64,000 nucleotides of DNA. Source: Cenarchaeum sp. GTDB taxonomy: Archaea > Thermoproteota > Nitrososphaeria > Nitrososphaerales > Nitrosopumilaceae. Below are positions 49,138-59,862 of this stretch, one piece after another. The notes under the pieces were generated by a model. That model worked only from the letters and a program-made list of their open reading frames with translations, made no database searches and was not told where the DNA came from. The position numbers were made by a program, and so were the translations under genes. The stretch spans positions 128,001-192,000 of the forward strand of contig CBDESU010000002.1 in assembly GCA_965242695.1 (NCBI GenBank), read 5' to 3'. Every line of letters starts with the position of its first letter. Position 1 is the first letter of the stretch.

Positions 49138-50130
49138 TTGGACGCCGGCGACAACACAAATGCGCCCGAAGGGTTCTCGTGTGCCAGTTGCGGGTCCAGT
49201 TCAAAGCCGTACATGTCCGAAGTGGAGGGCACGGGAACTGGCGGGCAGAAGGCGCCTACCGGCATGAGGGTTGGCATGTGCCCCGACTGCGGTAACGTAA
49301 CGATCTGGGACGAAAACAGGCAGGTGTATCCAGCCCGCCGCCCCCCGCTCAGGTCGTATGCGATACCCGTAGACAAGGTCAAGGACGGAGTGCAGCTGTG
49401 CGGCGTCAAGGTGGCGCACCTGCTACAAGATACAGAGATGCTGTGTCATGCAGGAGGGCACGAGGCCACGGCCATCTTCCTTTACACAGTCGCCTTGGAA
49501 GAGTTCGGCAAGGCACTGCTTCTCAGGGATCTGCTTGGCAAGGAATCGGCGGACTCGACCATCCGCGTGCCGGGAGGATATTTTGCCGGCCCGTCAGCGC
49601 ACAGGAAAAAAATCGACAGGGCAATGCACCACCTGCCGCCCGAATGCATCCAGTTTATGGAGTTTGACATGGTAGGCGGCAATGGCGGCAGTCCTATAGC
49701 TGCATCCATTGCAGGGGAGTGTAGTGCGGCGATACGCCAGATCGAGAGATCGTCTAGAAGGATACTAGCATCAGGCGGGCAGGCGAAGGGGTACAGCGTT
49801 GAGGAAAACGCGCACATAATGGCCGCCGAAGGTGATCAAGTGGGCAGCGTGTCAGGGGCCCGCACGCGCGGGCAGGCTCGCTACGACGAACGGACTCGGT
49901 ACAGCAGAATGTACATCAATTGGAGCGACAAGGGCAGGTACTGGAATGTCCGTGACACGATCGGCCCTCTCCGCATCACCGTGTGCGATGACGACGCTGC
50001 GTTCGGTGTAAAAGTCGACAGGGGGGGACAAGTGGGGTACCCGAGGGGACTGATCGAGGCAATCCGGGTATTCAGGAAGCATCTTGACAAATCGGGCATT
50101 CTGGAGCCGGTGCCGCCAGAAGAAACGTAG
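49138..50130 (+). CDS. AbiV-like (HEPN) abortive-infection protein with N-terminal Zn ribbon
   Basis: CASC...CPDC; ATAIFLYTVALEEFGKALLL...AHRKK, then RYSRMYINW, matching the AbiV ExxGK/HxxK/R..YV(D/N) pattern. Confidence 0.65.
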   Translation: MDAGDNTNAPEGFSCASCGSSSKPYMSEVEGTGTGGQKAPTGMRVGMCPDCGNVTIWDENRQVYPARRPPLRSYAIPVDKVKDGVQLCGVKVAHLLQDTEMLCHAGGHEATAIFLYTVALEEFGKALLLRDLLGKESADSTIRVPGGYFAGPSAHRKKIDRAMHHLPPECIQFMEFDMVGGNGGSPIAASIAGECSAAIRQIERSSRRILASGGQAKGYSVEENAHIMAAEGDQVGSVSGARTRGQARYDERTRYSRMYINWSDKGRYWNVRDTIGPLRITVCDDDAAFGVKVDRGGQVGYPRGLIEAIRVFRKHLDKSGILEPVPPEET

Positions 50131-50175
50131 AAGCACAGAATTAGGGCCAATGGAAGGCCGTCCGCGCATCGCGAA

Positions 50176-51156
50176 TCATGCATGCAACAAGCAGCACACG
50201 GAATCGGCGTTCTTCACAACGCCGCCAGCCTTGTGGGTTGCTGAAAAATGAAGGCTCTTTTCGCCGCCCCGCCATGTCTCGTTCACTGTGACTAGATCGT
50301 CGCACACAAGCCCGAACGATGCTCCTCGTACAAACATTACGCTGCGAGCCGCTTGCGACTCCGCGGCATATGCACCAGGTGGTCGCGCGGCAAAGGATGG
50401 CCTGGCAACTAGCAGAATTCCGTCGTACTCCCTGATACAGCCCGACGTCGCCTCTTGGGATTCGCCAGTCTCTCCTCCAAATTCAGGGTCTGTGGCAAGA
50501 TCACGCAGTGCTTTTGCGGTAGTGTAACAGACGAGCCTGCCGTCATCGAACCCATGGCTGGCCATCATAGACTTGGCGGCGCGGAGTCCCTTGCATGTCA
50601 GGCCGGAGGCCGGATGGCGCGGCGGATCCTCGATTCCGCAACCTGTGGCGCCGTCGATCCAGTGCGGTGCTTGCCGCCCGCCAGCAGTAGAGTCGGCCTT
50701 CGCACCGCCGCCGCAAGCGATCCCAAGCAGCACCTCCGCCTCGTCCTCAAGCGATCGCTGTAGGTACGCGTAGACCATCCTGTCGCTAAGCTCGGAGTGA
50801 TCCCGCGGCGGATCTTTTACCACGAGGTGGGGGAGGCTACGCGATTCGGCATATCCGCTCCTAGTGACAAATGTGGCTGTCGGGATGGGATCGCCGCCGC
50901 CTTCATCAAGCGGGACGAACTCCAGCCCATCAATCGAGTAGAACGTGGACTTGTCTTCATCGGGTTCCAAGAATCGGGTCTCGCTGAACTGACGTATCGG
51001 AACCACAGCGTTCCGACAGCCTAGTGCCTCCCCAAACGAGTCTGCTACCGGCACGCTCGCGACGCTGAAGCCGCGCCATGATCGCCTGAGCGCGGCCGGG
51101 CTGTGCCTGATGTACGAGGCCTTCTTGTACTGCTCGGAGACCGCCATCGCAATCAC
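50176..51156 (-). CDS. Solitary HK97-fold major capsid protein-like gene
   Basis: PIRQF; E-loop-like FVPLDEG; spine helix ending SLEDEAEVLL; A-domain GLRAAKSMM..LVCYTTAKALRDLATDP..GCIREYDGILLV; final FGLV..ATHKAGGVVKN; own TATA at ~51178. Confidence 0.6.
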   Translation of the reverse strand: MIAMAVSEQYKKASYIRHSPAALRRSWRGFSVASVPVADSFGEALGCRNAVVPIRQFSETRFLEPDEDKSTFYSIDGLEFVPLDEGGGDPIPTATFVTRSGYAESRSLPHLVVKDPPRDHSELSDRMVYAYLQRSLEDEAEVLLGIACGGGAKADSTAGGRQAPHWIDGATGCGIEDPPRHPASGLTCKGLRAAKSMMASHGFDDGRLVCYTTAKALRDLATDPEFGGETGESQEATSGCIREYDGILLVARPSFAARPPGAYAAESQAARSVMFVRGASFGLVCDDLVTVNETWRGGEKSLHFSATHKAGGVVKNADSVCCLLHA

Positions 51157-51508
51157 CGCTCGGCGCCGTCCTGTCAGATATATATTGTACGCACGCAGCT
51201 ATTCCAGTCCGCGCCGCATGAGCTCAGGTCCCCCATCAGTGTGACGCCTAGCCCGGCGCAGACCCACCGGCATCTTGGCGGCGTACCGCATGGCATGCGT
51301 TCCGCCTAGGACGGCAGGCATCGCCGTGCGATCGCCGAGTGGTTTGCAGGGAAGTGGTGGAGGGGCCGGATGCGGACGCGCTGCCGGCGGGCATGGGCCG
51401 GCTACGCCGCACGGCGCTAGCCTAAGCGCCGTTCTGCGCCAGCATGATGCTTGATAGAGGCCGCTTGGCAGGGGAAGCAACGGCTAGGAATGGGCATTTG
51501 GTGATCGG

Positions 51509-53977
51509 TCAAACCCCAGTCGGGGACGGGTCGTGGACCACCGTCCCCTGGTACTGCGGCCGGCCTAGCCGCGTCGTATTGGCGCCATGAACCCGGACTT
51601 CCGGGTCATCGGACTTGGAGGAGGGCGGCACGGACGGCTTGATCGGCACGTGCCAGTTGCCAGGCCTTCGCCTCCGCCTCTGCGGGGGGCCGCGCCGCCG
51701 CATGCTCGGCGGCAGAGGCTTCGGAGGGCGCCGCAGCCTGGCGGGTGCAGGACGCGGCGCACGCCGCAGTCGCGGCATCGACCGGCGGCTGCCGGCGCGG
51801 AGGGGAATCAATGGCGCAGTCTGGGACGGAGCGGCCTTGCTCCGGCGGGCTTGCGATGCAGTTCGTGGCATCGCCCGAGGGGCCTGCGGGGACTGCCGGG
51901 CATGCAGTGCGATTGCAACGGCCACGGCCTCTCGGATCCTCGCCTCCGCGGCCGCGGACTCCGCGGCCCTGGCCGCCTCCGCGGCCTCCCGGATACTCGC
52001 CGCCTCCGCGGCCTCCCGGATACTCGCCGCCTCCGCGGCCGCCGCCTCTACGGCCCTGGCCGCCTCCGCGGCATCCCTGATGCCCGCCTCAGCGGCCGCC
52101 CTGTCTGCGCCTCCGCGGCCGCGGCCTCGACGGCCCTGGCCGCCTCCGCGGCATCCCTGATGCCCGCCTCCGCGGCCGCGGCATCCGCGGCCGCCCCTTT
52201 ACTCCCGCCGCCGCCGCCAGCCCGGGCCGCGATGCACTCGGGCGGCATCGGGCCGTCGAGGGGGCCCTTCCGGGCCTTGCCGGCTTCCCGACGCCGCCCC
52301 ACCGGGTCGGCGCGACCTGCCCGACCTTGAATATGTCGGCCGGGTCGGCGCCGCGGGCGAGCGCGACGAACGCCTCGTCTAGCGGAATGCCCTGCTTGTC
52401 GCACGTGAGTATGAACGAGAGTATGACCGAGAACACCCTTGCCCCCTCGACGGTGCGGAGCTGGTAGCGCACGTTGCGCTGCGAGACGGGCACGCGCCGC
52501 ACGTCGCTCTCGCCGGGGTTGTTCGTCGGCGGCATGTCCTTGAACATCAGGAACGTGACCAGGTTCTTGGCCGCGTTTTCTATCTCGACGCGCGACGGGT
52601 GGCCCTCTGGCAGGCGCCCCGCTATGTCCAGCGCCCTCTGGACTATGGAGTCGCGCTCCTCGGGCGCCGTGTCCATCCCGCTTACGCGCTCGTACAGGGA
52701 GCAGAACTCGTGGTACGCCAGCTTGACGGCGGGATCGTCGCTCACGATGGCGGCCTTCTTGAAGTTGTTGATGACGTGGCGCCAGCACCGCTGGATCTCG
52801 CCGAGGATGATCTCGTACACCTTGTGCCGTCGACGACGCCTGCCAGCTGGCGCGCGAACGCAAACTCCTCGTCGAATATGCCCTTGCCGCGCGAGGGGCG
52901 CGCCACGACCATGGCCGCGCACGCCACCGTGAGCAGCCACAGGTAGCCCTGCCTGCCGAACATGCGCATCGTCGTCTCGTCAAAGTGGCCCCATCCCGTG
53001 GACGTGAGCAGCCTCTCAAGGTGCTTCATGAACGGCTCGAGGATGCGCGCGGCCGCCCTGCGCCCGTTCCACAGCGCCGAGGCGCACGCCGACGTCCCGA
53101 GCAGGCTCTCCAGGTAGCGCGACAGCTTGCGGTCCGTCGCGGCAAGCGCGTACAGGACGAGCATCTTTGAGAGCATGACGGGGCCGAACCAGGTGCCCTT
53201 CAGGTCCGGCGCGTCCGGCGCGCGCGACCACTCGTGGCACTTTGAGCACCACAGCCTGCAGACGATCAGCTGCCACACGTGGACGCGCCCGTCGTCCTCG
53301 CCGATCTCGACGAACGTCTTCGACTTGGGCTGCTTGGCCTGGCGGGCGTACGTGGCGCGGCCGCAGTGCAGGCACTCGAAGATGGGGTAGCGGACGACCT
53401 TTTCGGGCTTTAGGCGGTGCGAGGTGCCGGGGTGGCCCATGGGAGGGCCCAGCGCCGCATCGGGCTTGGGGCGCCCGCACGACTCTGCCTGCTCCTTGTC
53501 GAACGCCTTGGCCAGCGGGTTGTACAGGGACGGCATGCCGCGCCGGCTGTTGGGCGTCTCGTAGTACTCGAGCCTCTTCTTGAGCTTGCGCACCAGCGCC
53601 TCCAGCTTGGCCAGCTTGGCGAGGTCCTTGGGGTTGTGGTTGCCCTTTATGGCGTCGATCTGCCACTTGATCGCGTCGAGATCCCGCGACATGTCGTCCG
53701 CCGTGCGCAGGTGCCCGGCGCCGGCCTTCGAGATCTCGACGGCCATCTCCATGAACCTGCCTGCATCTTCCGTCCTGGCAATGTCCGCCCGGACCTTGTA
53801 GTCCTCAAACTCTGCCTTGAGCCTGTGGACCAGGCGGATCAGACTTGCGATCTCGGCGCGCAGCAGGGCCTTTTCCCTCCCATGCGCATCCGGCTCGAGC
53901 CGTATCCGGGTGACGGCAGGGCAGCAGGCGCACATGACGTCTATGCTCCTCCCGCCGTCCTTGTCGACATGTGGCAC
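51509..53977 (-). pseudogene. IS66-family transposase (TnpC-like), frameshifted, with Ala-rich C-terminal extension
   Basis: Coiled coil, Zn motif (CLHC..CSKC), HFDET, GYLW, then other-frame QRCWRH and PTNNPGESDVR; shift at ~52826 and further shifts near 52100-52320. Confidence 0.82.
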
Positions 53978-54380
53978 GCCCTACTCTTCCCCCTCTCGTC
54001 CCGTCCGGCCGCGCTCCGCTTATCAGCTGCCGTGTAAACAATTCTTAACAATCGTGTAAAAAACGTGTGACTTGCCCTCCCGGGAGGCGCCGCCGAGGGG
54101 GGCCGCGCGCGGCCGCACGGCCGCCGCCGCGCGCAGCTCCTGCCGGTAGCAGCGGCAGCAGGCTCAAGAACGCCGGCTCGGGGGCCGCGCGGCCGCATGG
54201 CCGCCGTCACGCGGCCTCAGGATGCCGGCGGAACGGGCCATGCCCTGGCATGCGCACTAGGCAGAGGGGCGGCGGCACGCCTAGGGAGGGGCATGCGGAT
54301 GGAGGGGACCTGAGCTCATGCGCCCGGATGCGCGGCCTGCGGCATGCACACTTTAATACCCAACCTGAGGCGCGGCACAC

Positions 54381-54962
54381 GTGTCGAGGAGCAACAAGGA
54401 GTGGGTGCCCGGAGTCAAATCGGTCATGGTCAACAACGTGGGCCTGTTATGCCTGATCATAGACGGGAGCGACGGAAAGGCGGCAAGAGGAAGGGTTCGC
54501 TTGCAAAGGGTGGCCTATTTTTGTCAGTACTTGGGGTGGTCGCTTCGGGACTACCGGCTGCACCACTACCAGCCATTCTCGCAAACGCTAGCGGACACAG
54601 TTGCAGACGCCGAGTCGGGAGGTGTGATCATTGGGGACAGCGATGAGCCCCGTGTACTCCACCTCACTGACTATGGCAAAGAGATCACCGGCCTGTTCGT
54701 TGAAAACGTATGCGATCGGGACAAGGTCGACAAGACGCGCCGGCTTGCGCAGCGGCTATCCTGCTGGTCGTCCGAGGATCTTGAGCTGGCGGCTACCATT
54801 GACTATGTGGCAAACGGATCGCGCATGACAAAAAGCGCATTGTTGGACAAGGTGTGCGCAATTAGGCCCGCCCACACAAGGGACAAAATCGAGCAGGTTC
54901 ACTCCAAGTGGAAGCGGCTTGTTCGCGATGAAGGCCTGCCGATCAAGTCGGTGCGCTGGTAG
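54381..54962 (+). CDS. YwgA-like / DUF4065 (Panacea-related) winged-helix protein
   Basis: GRVRLQRVAYF..YRLHHYQPFSQTL..LHLTDYG..LELAATIDY; TTTAAT promoter about 25 bp upstream. Confidence 0.7.
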   Translation: MSRSNKEWVPGVKSVMVNNVGLLCLIIDGSDGKAARGRVRLQRVAYFCQYLGWSLRDYRLHHYQPFSQTLADTVADAESGGVIIGDSDEPRVLHLTDYGKEITGLFVENVCDRDKVDKTRRLAQRLSCWSSEDLELAATIDYVANGSRMTKSALLDKVCAIRPAHTRDKIEQVHSKWKRLVRDEGLPIKSVRW

Positions 54963-55192
54963 AACAGGCCTCGGGTCATTCTGCTAGGCAGGGCGTGCAC
55001 CGCCCCGTTTGTCCCAATCTAGGCCCAGGGATCACCGGCCACTACGCGCGTGCGCTTCCGGCTAGTACTCGCCGGACAAGCCCGGCGACGCTGTCGGGGC
55101 AGAATATCCACGACTCGCGCGTCAGCCTTGTATACATAATCCACGAGGGGTTGTGGAAAAAAGCTGACCTCGTGTGAAAGATTGTTGACAAC

Positions 55193-56548
55193 GTGGGTCA
55201 ACACCCCCGTCGGCGCATGCGGGTCATGCCAAGGAAAGCAGAGGCACCAAAGGGCGGGGCGTTCCTTCCGGAGACAAGCGCCGAGGAGCTGCTCACCATG
55301 TCAAAGAGTGCCACAAACGGGATCGATGCGATAAGGTACATGGCCATGCACATGAGGAAGATCGGCTGGGAGATCGACCAGATTGCCGAGGGCTTGGGGC
55401 GCAGCCCCGAGACGATCAGGAGATGGCTCACGCGGGCGCACAGGGAGGGCATCGGCGGTGTGCCCCACGTCAAGAAGGGGACGCTCTGCCGGCTGTCCGT
55501 CGAGGAGCGCGGCGAGCTGGCCTGCGACATCGCGACAACGCGCCCGATCGACCACGGCCTTGTGGGCACCGCATGGGACTACAAGACCGTCCAGATCCAC
55601 ATCAAGAACAAGTTCAAGAGGGAGTACACGTACAACGGCACGCACCGGCTTCTCCAGAGGATGGGCATCCGCCCGATGGCGCCCCGCCCCGTCCATCCCG
55701 ACGGCCTCGGCGAGGAGGAGCAGTACGAGTACAAGCGCGCAATGCGGGCCCGCGCCCAGTCGCTCCACAGGCAGGGCTTCAAGGCGCAGGGCGGCGCCGA
55801 CGAGGTGCACATCGCCGTCGACGAGCGGCCCACCAAAGGGCTCGGGATGAAGGGAGGCCGCCCCGTGTCCGTGCCGTCGTCGGTGGCAATGGGCCGCCTT
55901 ACGTGCTTTGTGGCCCTCTTTGACGGCGCCCTGTACATAATGCGGGCCAAAAAGAACGCCAACACCGACGAGTTCATAAGGTTCTGCAACATGCTGTTGG
56001 AGATCGAGGGCATGGTGCTGCTCTGGGTCGACAACGTAAGGTACCACAAGTCAAAGCGCTTTGAAAAGTACCTCGAGGACAACCGCGACCGCCTGCGCGT
56101 GTTCTACCTGCCCGAGTACACGTCGCCCCTGGCCGTCGCCGAGACCGAGATGGGCCCCATCAAAAAGGCCGCCGCCAAGAGGTCGCCAAAGGACAGGGAA
56201 GATGTGTGGAAGGCCCTGTGCGAGGCGGCCGCTGCGGATGACCTGCCCGTCAAGCAGCTGTACGGATGGATGCGCATCTACGACCCCGATCCCGGTCCGA
56301 CGGCGATGGCCCCCAAGTACGAGTACGACGGCGACCTGCTCATCGTCAGGTCGGACGCGCCGCCCGAACCGGCGCCCAAGCGGGGCAGGATCAAGTCGGC
56401 GTCTGGCGACGACGGCATCCTGACGTTCGAAGAGTTCAAAAAGATCCCGAAAAGCGTGTTTGACTCCGACGGCAACATGCTCAAGCCCTTCCTGATGCTT
56501 CCAACAGGAGCGCTGCGCAACATGGCGCCTGGCCTCTACACCCCGTAA
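55193..56548 (+). mobile_element. IS630-family transposase (single ORF)
   Basis: HTH (IAEGLGRSPETIRRWL), wHTH (WDYK..HRLLQRMG), DDE triad ADEVH / VDNVRYH / LPEYTSPLAVAE; element ends not resolved. Confidence 0.85.
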
Positions 56549-56745
56549 CGCGCGACGGCCAATCAAGAATGCGCGCTGCCGGATGCCTGCCGCCGGCAGC
56601 GTTCCCTGTTCCGCAATTGAGCCGTCCGTATGTGCACAACAAAGGTGCGGCAGGACATATCGCTTCCAACATGAGTCGCATTTCTGGACTTGATATTTTT
56701 ACCCCCTTTCCCATTTTCCACCAATAAAGAAATACCCACATTGGC

Positions 56746-58034
56746 TCATGGATTACGTATAGTAGCATCAACAATGCCGGACATTCGGGAGATCTCCTCA
56801 AGTCCACCGGTTCTGTCAGATACTAAGATGTGATTAGATATGGCGCCCTTGTCTCCCGAACTGGTCGCGGTGTACGGCCGATAACCTGCCGGAACCGGAT
56901 CATCGTATATGAAGTAATAGTCTGTGTCCAAGGCGTGCTCGCTGAACGCCTTTACGACTCTCGTATGAGATCTTAGGAGGTTATCAATGCATCCAACAGG
57001 ATTGATGTCGGTGACGGTTTTGAAAAGGTTGCGCCGGAGCAGGCGGCGCGAGAGGTCGTTCAGAACCGGATCCTCAGACGCGGTCCACCCTCGGAGCATG
57101 CCGTGACATGCATGGTCATCCAGCGATAGTAGGACGTCGGGAGTCACTTTCCCCGATATGCCTAGAATGGACGATCGGATCCGGGGCAGTTTTGCGGCTC
57201 GCTCAAACGTCTTTGCCAGCATCGCCTCCGCGCAGCGTATAGTCTTGTGCTGGTAGACCCCCTTGTACATAAAATAGCGCGCCAAGATGTAGTTCGCCAC
57301 GGGCTCGACGCCCTTTGCATCCACCACCACCGTCCTCCCCACCTCCGACCGATCCCCATCCCAGAGCTTCATTGTGCTTGCGATCCTGTGCATGTCGATT
57401 CTTCCGTATTGTACCCCGGTGAATAGCGAGTCGCGCATGAGGTAGTCCATACGGTCTGCATCTAGCTGGCTGCTGAGAAGCTGTGACACGAAAAGCAGGT
57501 CGGCGGGTGGTTCACCCCTTAGAAGATCAATTATGAGGCCTGGGTCGATGCCATTGCGCCTAAGCACTCCCGCTACGGGCGAAGTCCTAACGATGTCTCG
57601 CGTCATACGCTCGTGGTTAAACCTTCCATCCTCCAGAAACCGCTCCGAGGCATGGGACAGCGGGCCGTGCCCTATGTCATGAAGCAGGGCGGCGACGGCG
57701 CCCACGGGCCTGATCTGTCTCACCATCTTGGCGGTCAAGCTGGACTGCTTGACGACTGAATCGAAAAGCGTCAGAAACACGTGCATTACCCCTATGCTGT
57801 GCGCAAAGCGGTATGGGTAGCGCTGGGGTACACGACGGACGCCAGCCCTAGCTGCTGCAGTGACTTGAGGCGCTGGAAATGGGGCGTGCCGATCAACTGC
57901 AGAACGACGGGGTACTCGGACACGTCGATAAAGTTGTGCACCGGGTCCATTATGCGGACGGCCTTGTCGCGCCTCCCTCTTGCAGGGACGTCGCCGATCT
58001 CGTACCCCTCGAGCTCTCTTCTGCGCTTCCTCAC
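56746..58034 (-). pseudogene. HD-domain dNTP triphosphohydrolase (SAMHD1/YwfO-like), one-base frameshift at ~57810
   Basis: Frame 1: DPVH..FQRLKSLQQLG..VYPSATHT; frame 2: RFAHSIG..LLHDIGHGPLSH..HE..LDADRMDYLMRDS..VYQHKT. Confidence 0.85.
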
Positions 58035-58475
58035 AAACGGAGGCTGGCGGGGGGGTTGATAAGGGGTTTGAGCGCCGGCTGTTGTGGCCTGCGCAGGTGC
58101 AGTGACTCGGGTTGCCACGTGCAGGCCCCTGATTCATGTCCCTTCCCGACGCCGACGAATGCCTTGCGCGGCCTGCGCCCAAACATTGCCTACCGCCTCG
58201 TGCCCCTGCGCATCAAGGTTCGTTCAGGGCCGATCGCTCAGCCTCCGCCGGCAGGCCGCCAGCAAGTCCACCTGCTTCGTATCCGCATTCTAGCGCCGCG
58301 CCTAGGCCCAAAAATGCTGGCAGTGCCCGCCCAATTGCCTCCCGGCAGTCGAAGGCGTCGGCAGGCGCTGCGGTGCGCGCAGTAACTGCGGCGCACAGGC
58401 ACGGGCCGGCATGCCAAGATCCGGCGCGGGCACTCGCCCGGCAACCGATAATACCGCCTGCCTCGCACGGGCGGC

Positions 58476-59645
58476 ATGGAGAAGGGAGGCGGCAGGACGG
58501 GCTTTACGACGGGTGCCTGCGCCGCGGCCGCCGCCAAGGCGGCCGCTGCGCGCATCGTAGGGGGCTCGCCGCTCGAGTCCGTGTCGGTGCGCCTGCCCAA
58601 GGGCGGCGGCCGGGCCGAGTTTGCAGTGGACCGGTGCGAGTGCGACAGTACCGCCCGCACTGCAACCTGCTTCGTCGTAAAGGACGCCGGCGACGACCCC
58701 GACGTCACGCACGGAGCCAAGATCGTCGCCACCGTGTCCGTCGACCCGGACGGGCCGGCCGGTGCAGTCGCGGTCGAGGGCGGCGAGGGGGTCGGCACCG
58801 TCACAAAGCCCGGCCTAGGCCTGGAAGTCGGCGTGCCGGCGATAAACCCCGTCCCCCGCTCCATGATCACCGCCGAGGTCGAGGAGGCTGCCGCGCCCCT
58901 GCTCGCCGGAGGCGCGTCGATCAAGGTGGTCGTGTCCGTCCCCGCCGGAAGGGAGCTTGCTTCCAGGACGGACAATCCGCGCCTCGGCATCGTCGGCGGC
59001 ATATCCATACTCGGAACGCGCGGCATCGTCGTGCCGTTCTCGACGGCCGCGTTCGCCGCGTCCATACGGCAGAGCATCGACGTGGCAGTGGCCATGGGCG
59101 ACCGGCGGATCGTGCTGTCCACGGGGGGGCGCAGCGAGGAGTTCGCCCGCGCCCTGACCGGCCTTGCCGACCACTGCTACGTGCAGATGGGCGACTTTGC
59201 CGGGTACGCCGTCGAGCAGTGCGCCAAAAAGGGAATCGAGGAGGCGGTCATCGCGGGGTTCATCGGCAAGCTTGCAAAGATGGCCGCCGGCGCGTCGCAG
59301 ACGCATGTCAAGGGCTCAAAGGTCGACACCGCGTTCCTTGCGCGCCTTGCATCCGAGGCCGGAGCTCCCGGCGGCGAGGCGTCGCTCGTCAGGGGCGCCA
59401 ACACGGCCCGGCACGTCCTCGAGATCGTATCGGAGAGGAGCTGGGCCGGCGCGTTCCTCGAGGGCGTGTGCGGGCAGGTCTACTCGCACATGCGGCGCAG
59501 GGCGGGGGAGAGCCTGCGGCTGGAGGTCGTCATGTTCGGCTTTGACGGGGAAGTGCTTGCAAGGAATCCCGCCTGCGCTGGCAAGGGTTCCACTGATCAA
59601 AGCAAAAGAAAGGCAAAGACGCCACAGCCGCCTAAGAGCCAATAG
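58476..59645 (+). CDS. cbiD: Cobalt-precorrin-5B C1-methyltransferase
   Basis: GFTTGACAAAA, KDAGDDPDVTHG, AINPVPR, NPRLGIVGGISILGT. Confidence 0.95.
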   Translation: MEKGGGRTGFTTGACAAAAAKAAAARIVGGSPLESVSVRLPKGGGRAEFAVDRCECDSTARTATCFVVKDAGDDPDVTHGAKIVATVSVDPDGPAGAVAVEGGEGVGTVTKPGLGLEVGVPAINPVPRSMITAEVEEAAAPLLAGGASIKVVVSVPAGRELASRTDNPRLGIVGGISILGTRGIVVPFSTAAFAASIRQSIDVAVAMGDRRIVLSTGGRSEEFARALTGLADHCYVQMGDFAGYAVEQCAKKGIEEAVIAGFIGKLAKMAAGASQTHVKGSKVDTAFLARLASEAGAPGGEASLVRGANTARHVLEIVSERSWAGAFLEGVCGQVYSHMRRRAGESLRLEVVMFGFDGEVLARNPACAGKGSTDQSKRKAKTPQPPKSQ

Positions 59646-59862
59646 GCGTGCGCACTCCTGCCCTAGCCGCTACCCCGACGGCAGGCAGCGTGTGCTGTCA
59701 CGAATCCGTCCAGATCGCCCTCCGGGTGGTGCCGCCTGGTCAGGCACACCGTATGGTGGCCTCCTCCCCGGCCGCAAATGTCACAATGCTGTACGGAGTC
59801 TGGCATCCCCGCCGCCCCCCCCCCTCCCAAGGCATTTTATCGGGCCACCAGCGCCCCGCGCC

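Noticed and set aside
54030-55195. AT-rich motifs near 54035-54070 and 55170-55195 as IS terminal inverted repeats
   Set aside because: No matching partner ends could be found by eye; more likely transposase promoters
48700-58400. Complete provirus
   Set aside because: No integrase, terminase, portal, tail or replication genes and no att repeats seen
59646-59862. Possible cobalamin riboswitch between cbiD and cbiG
   Set aside because: No recognisable B12-box or conserved GGGAA core
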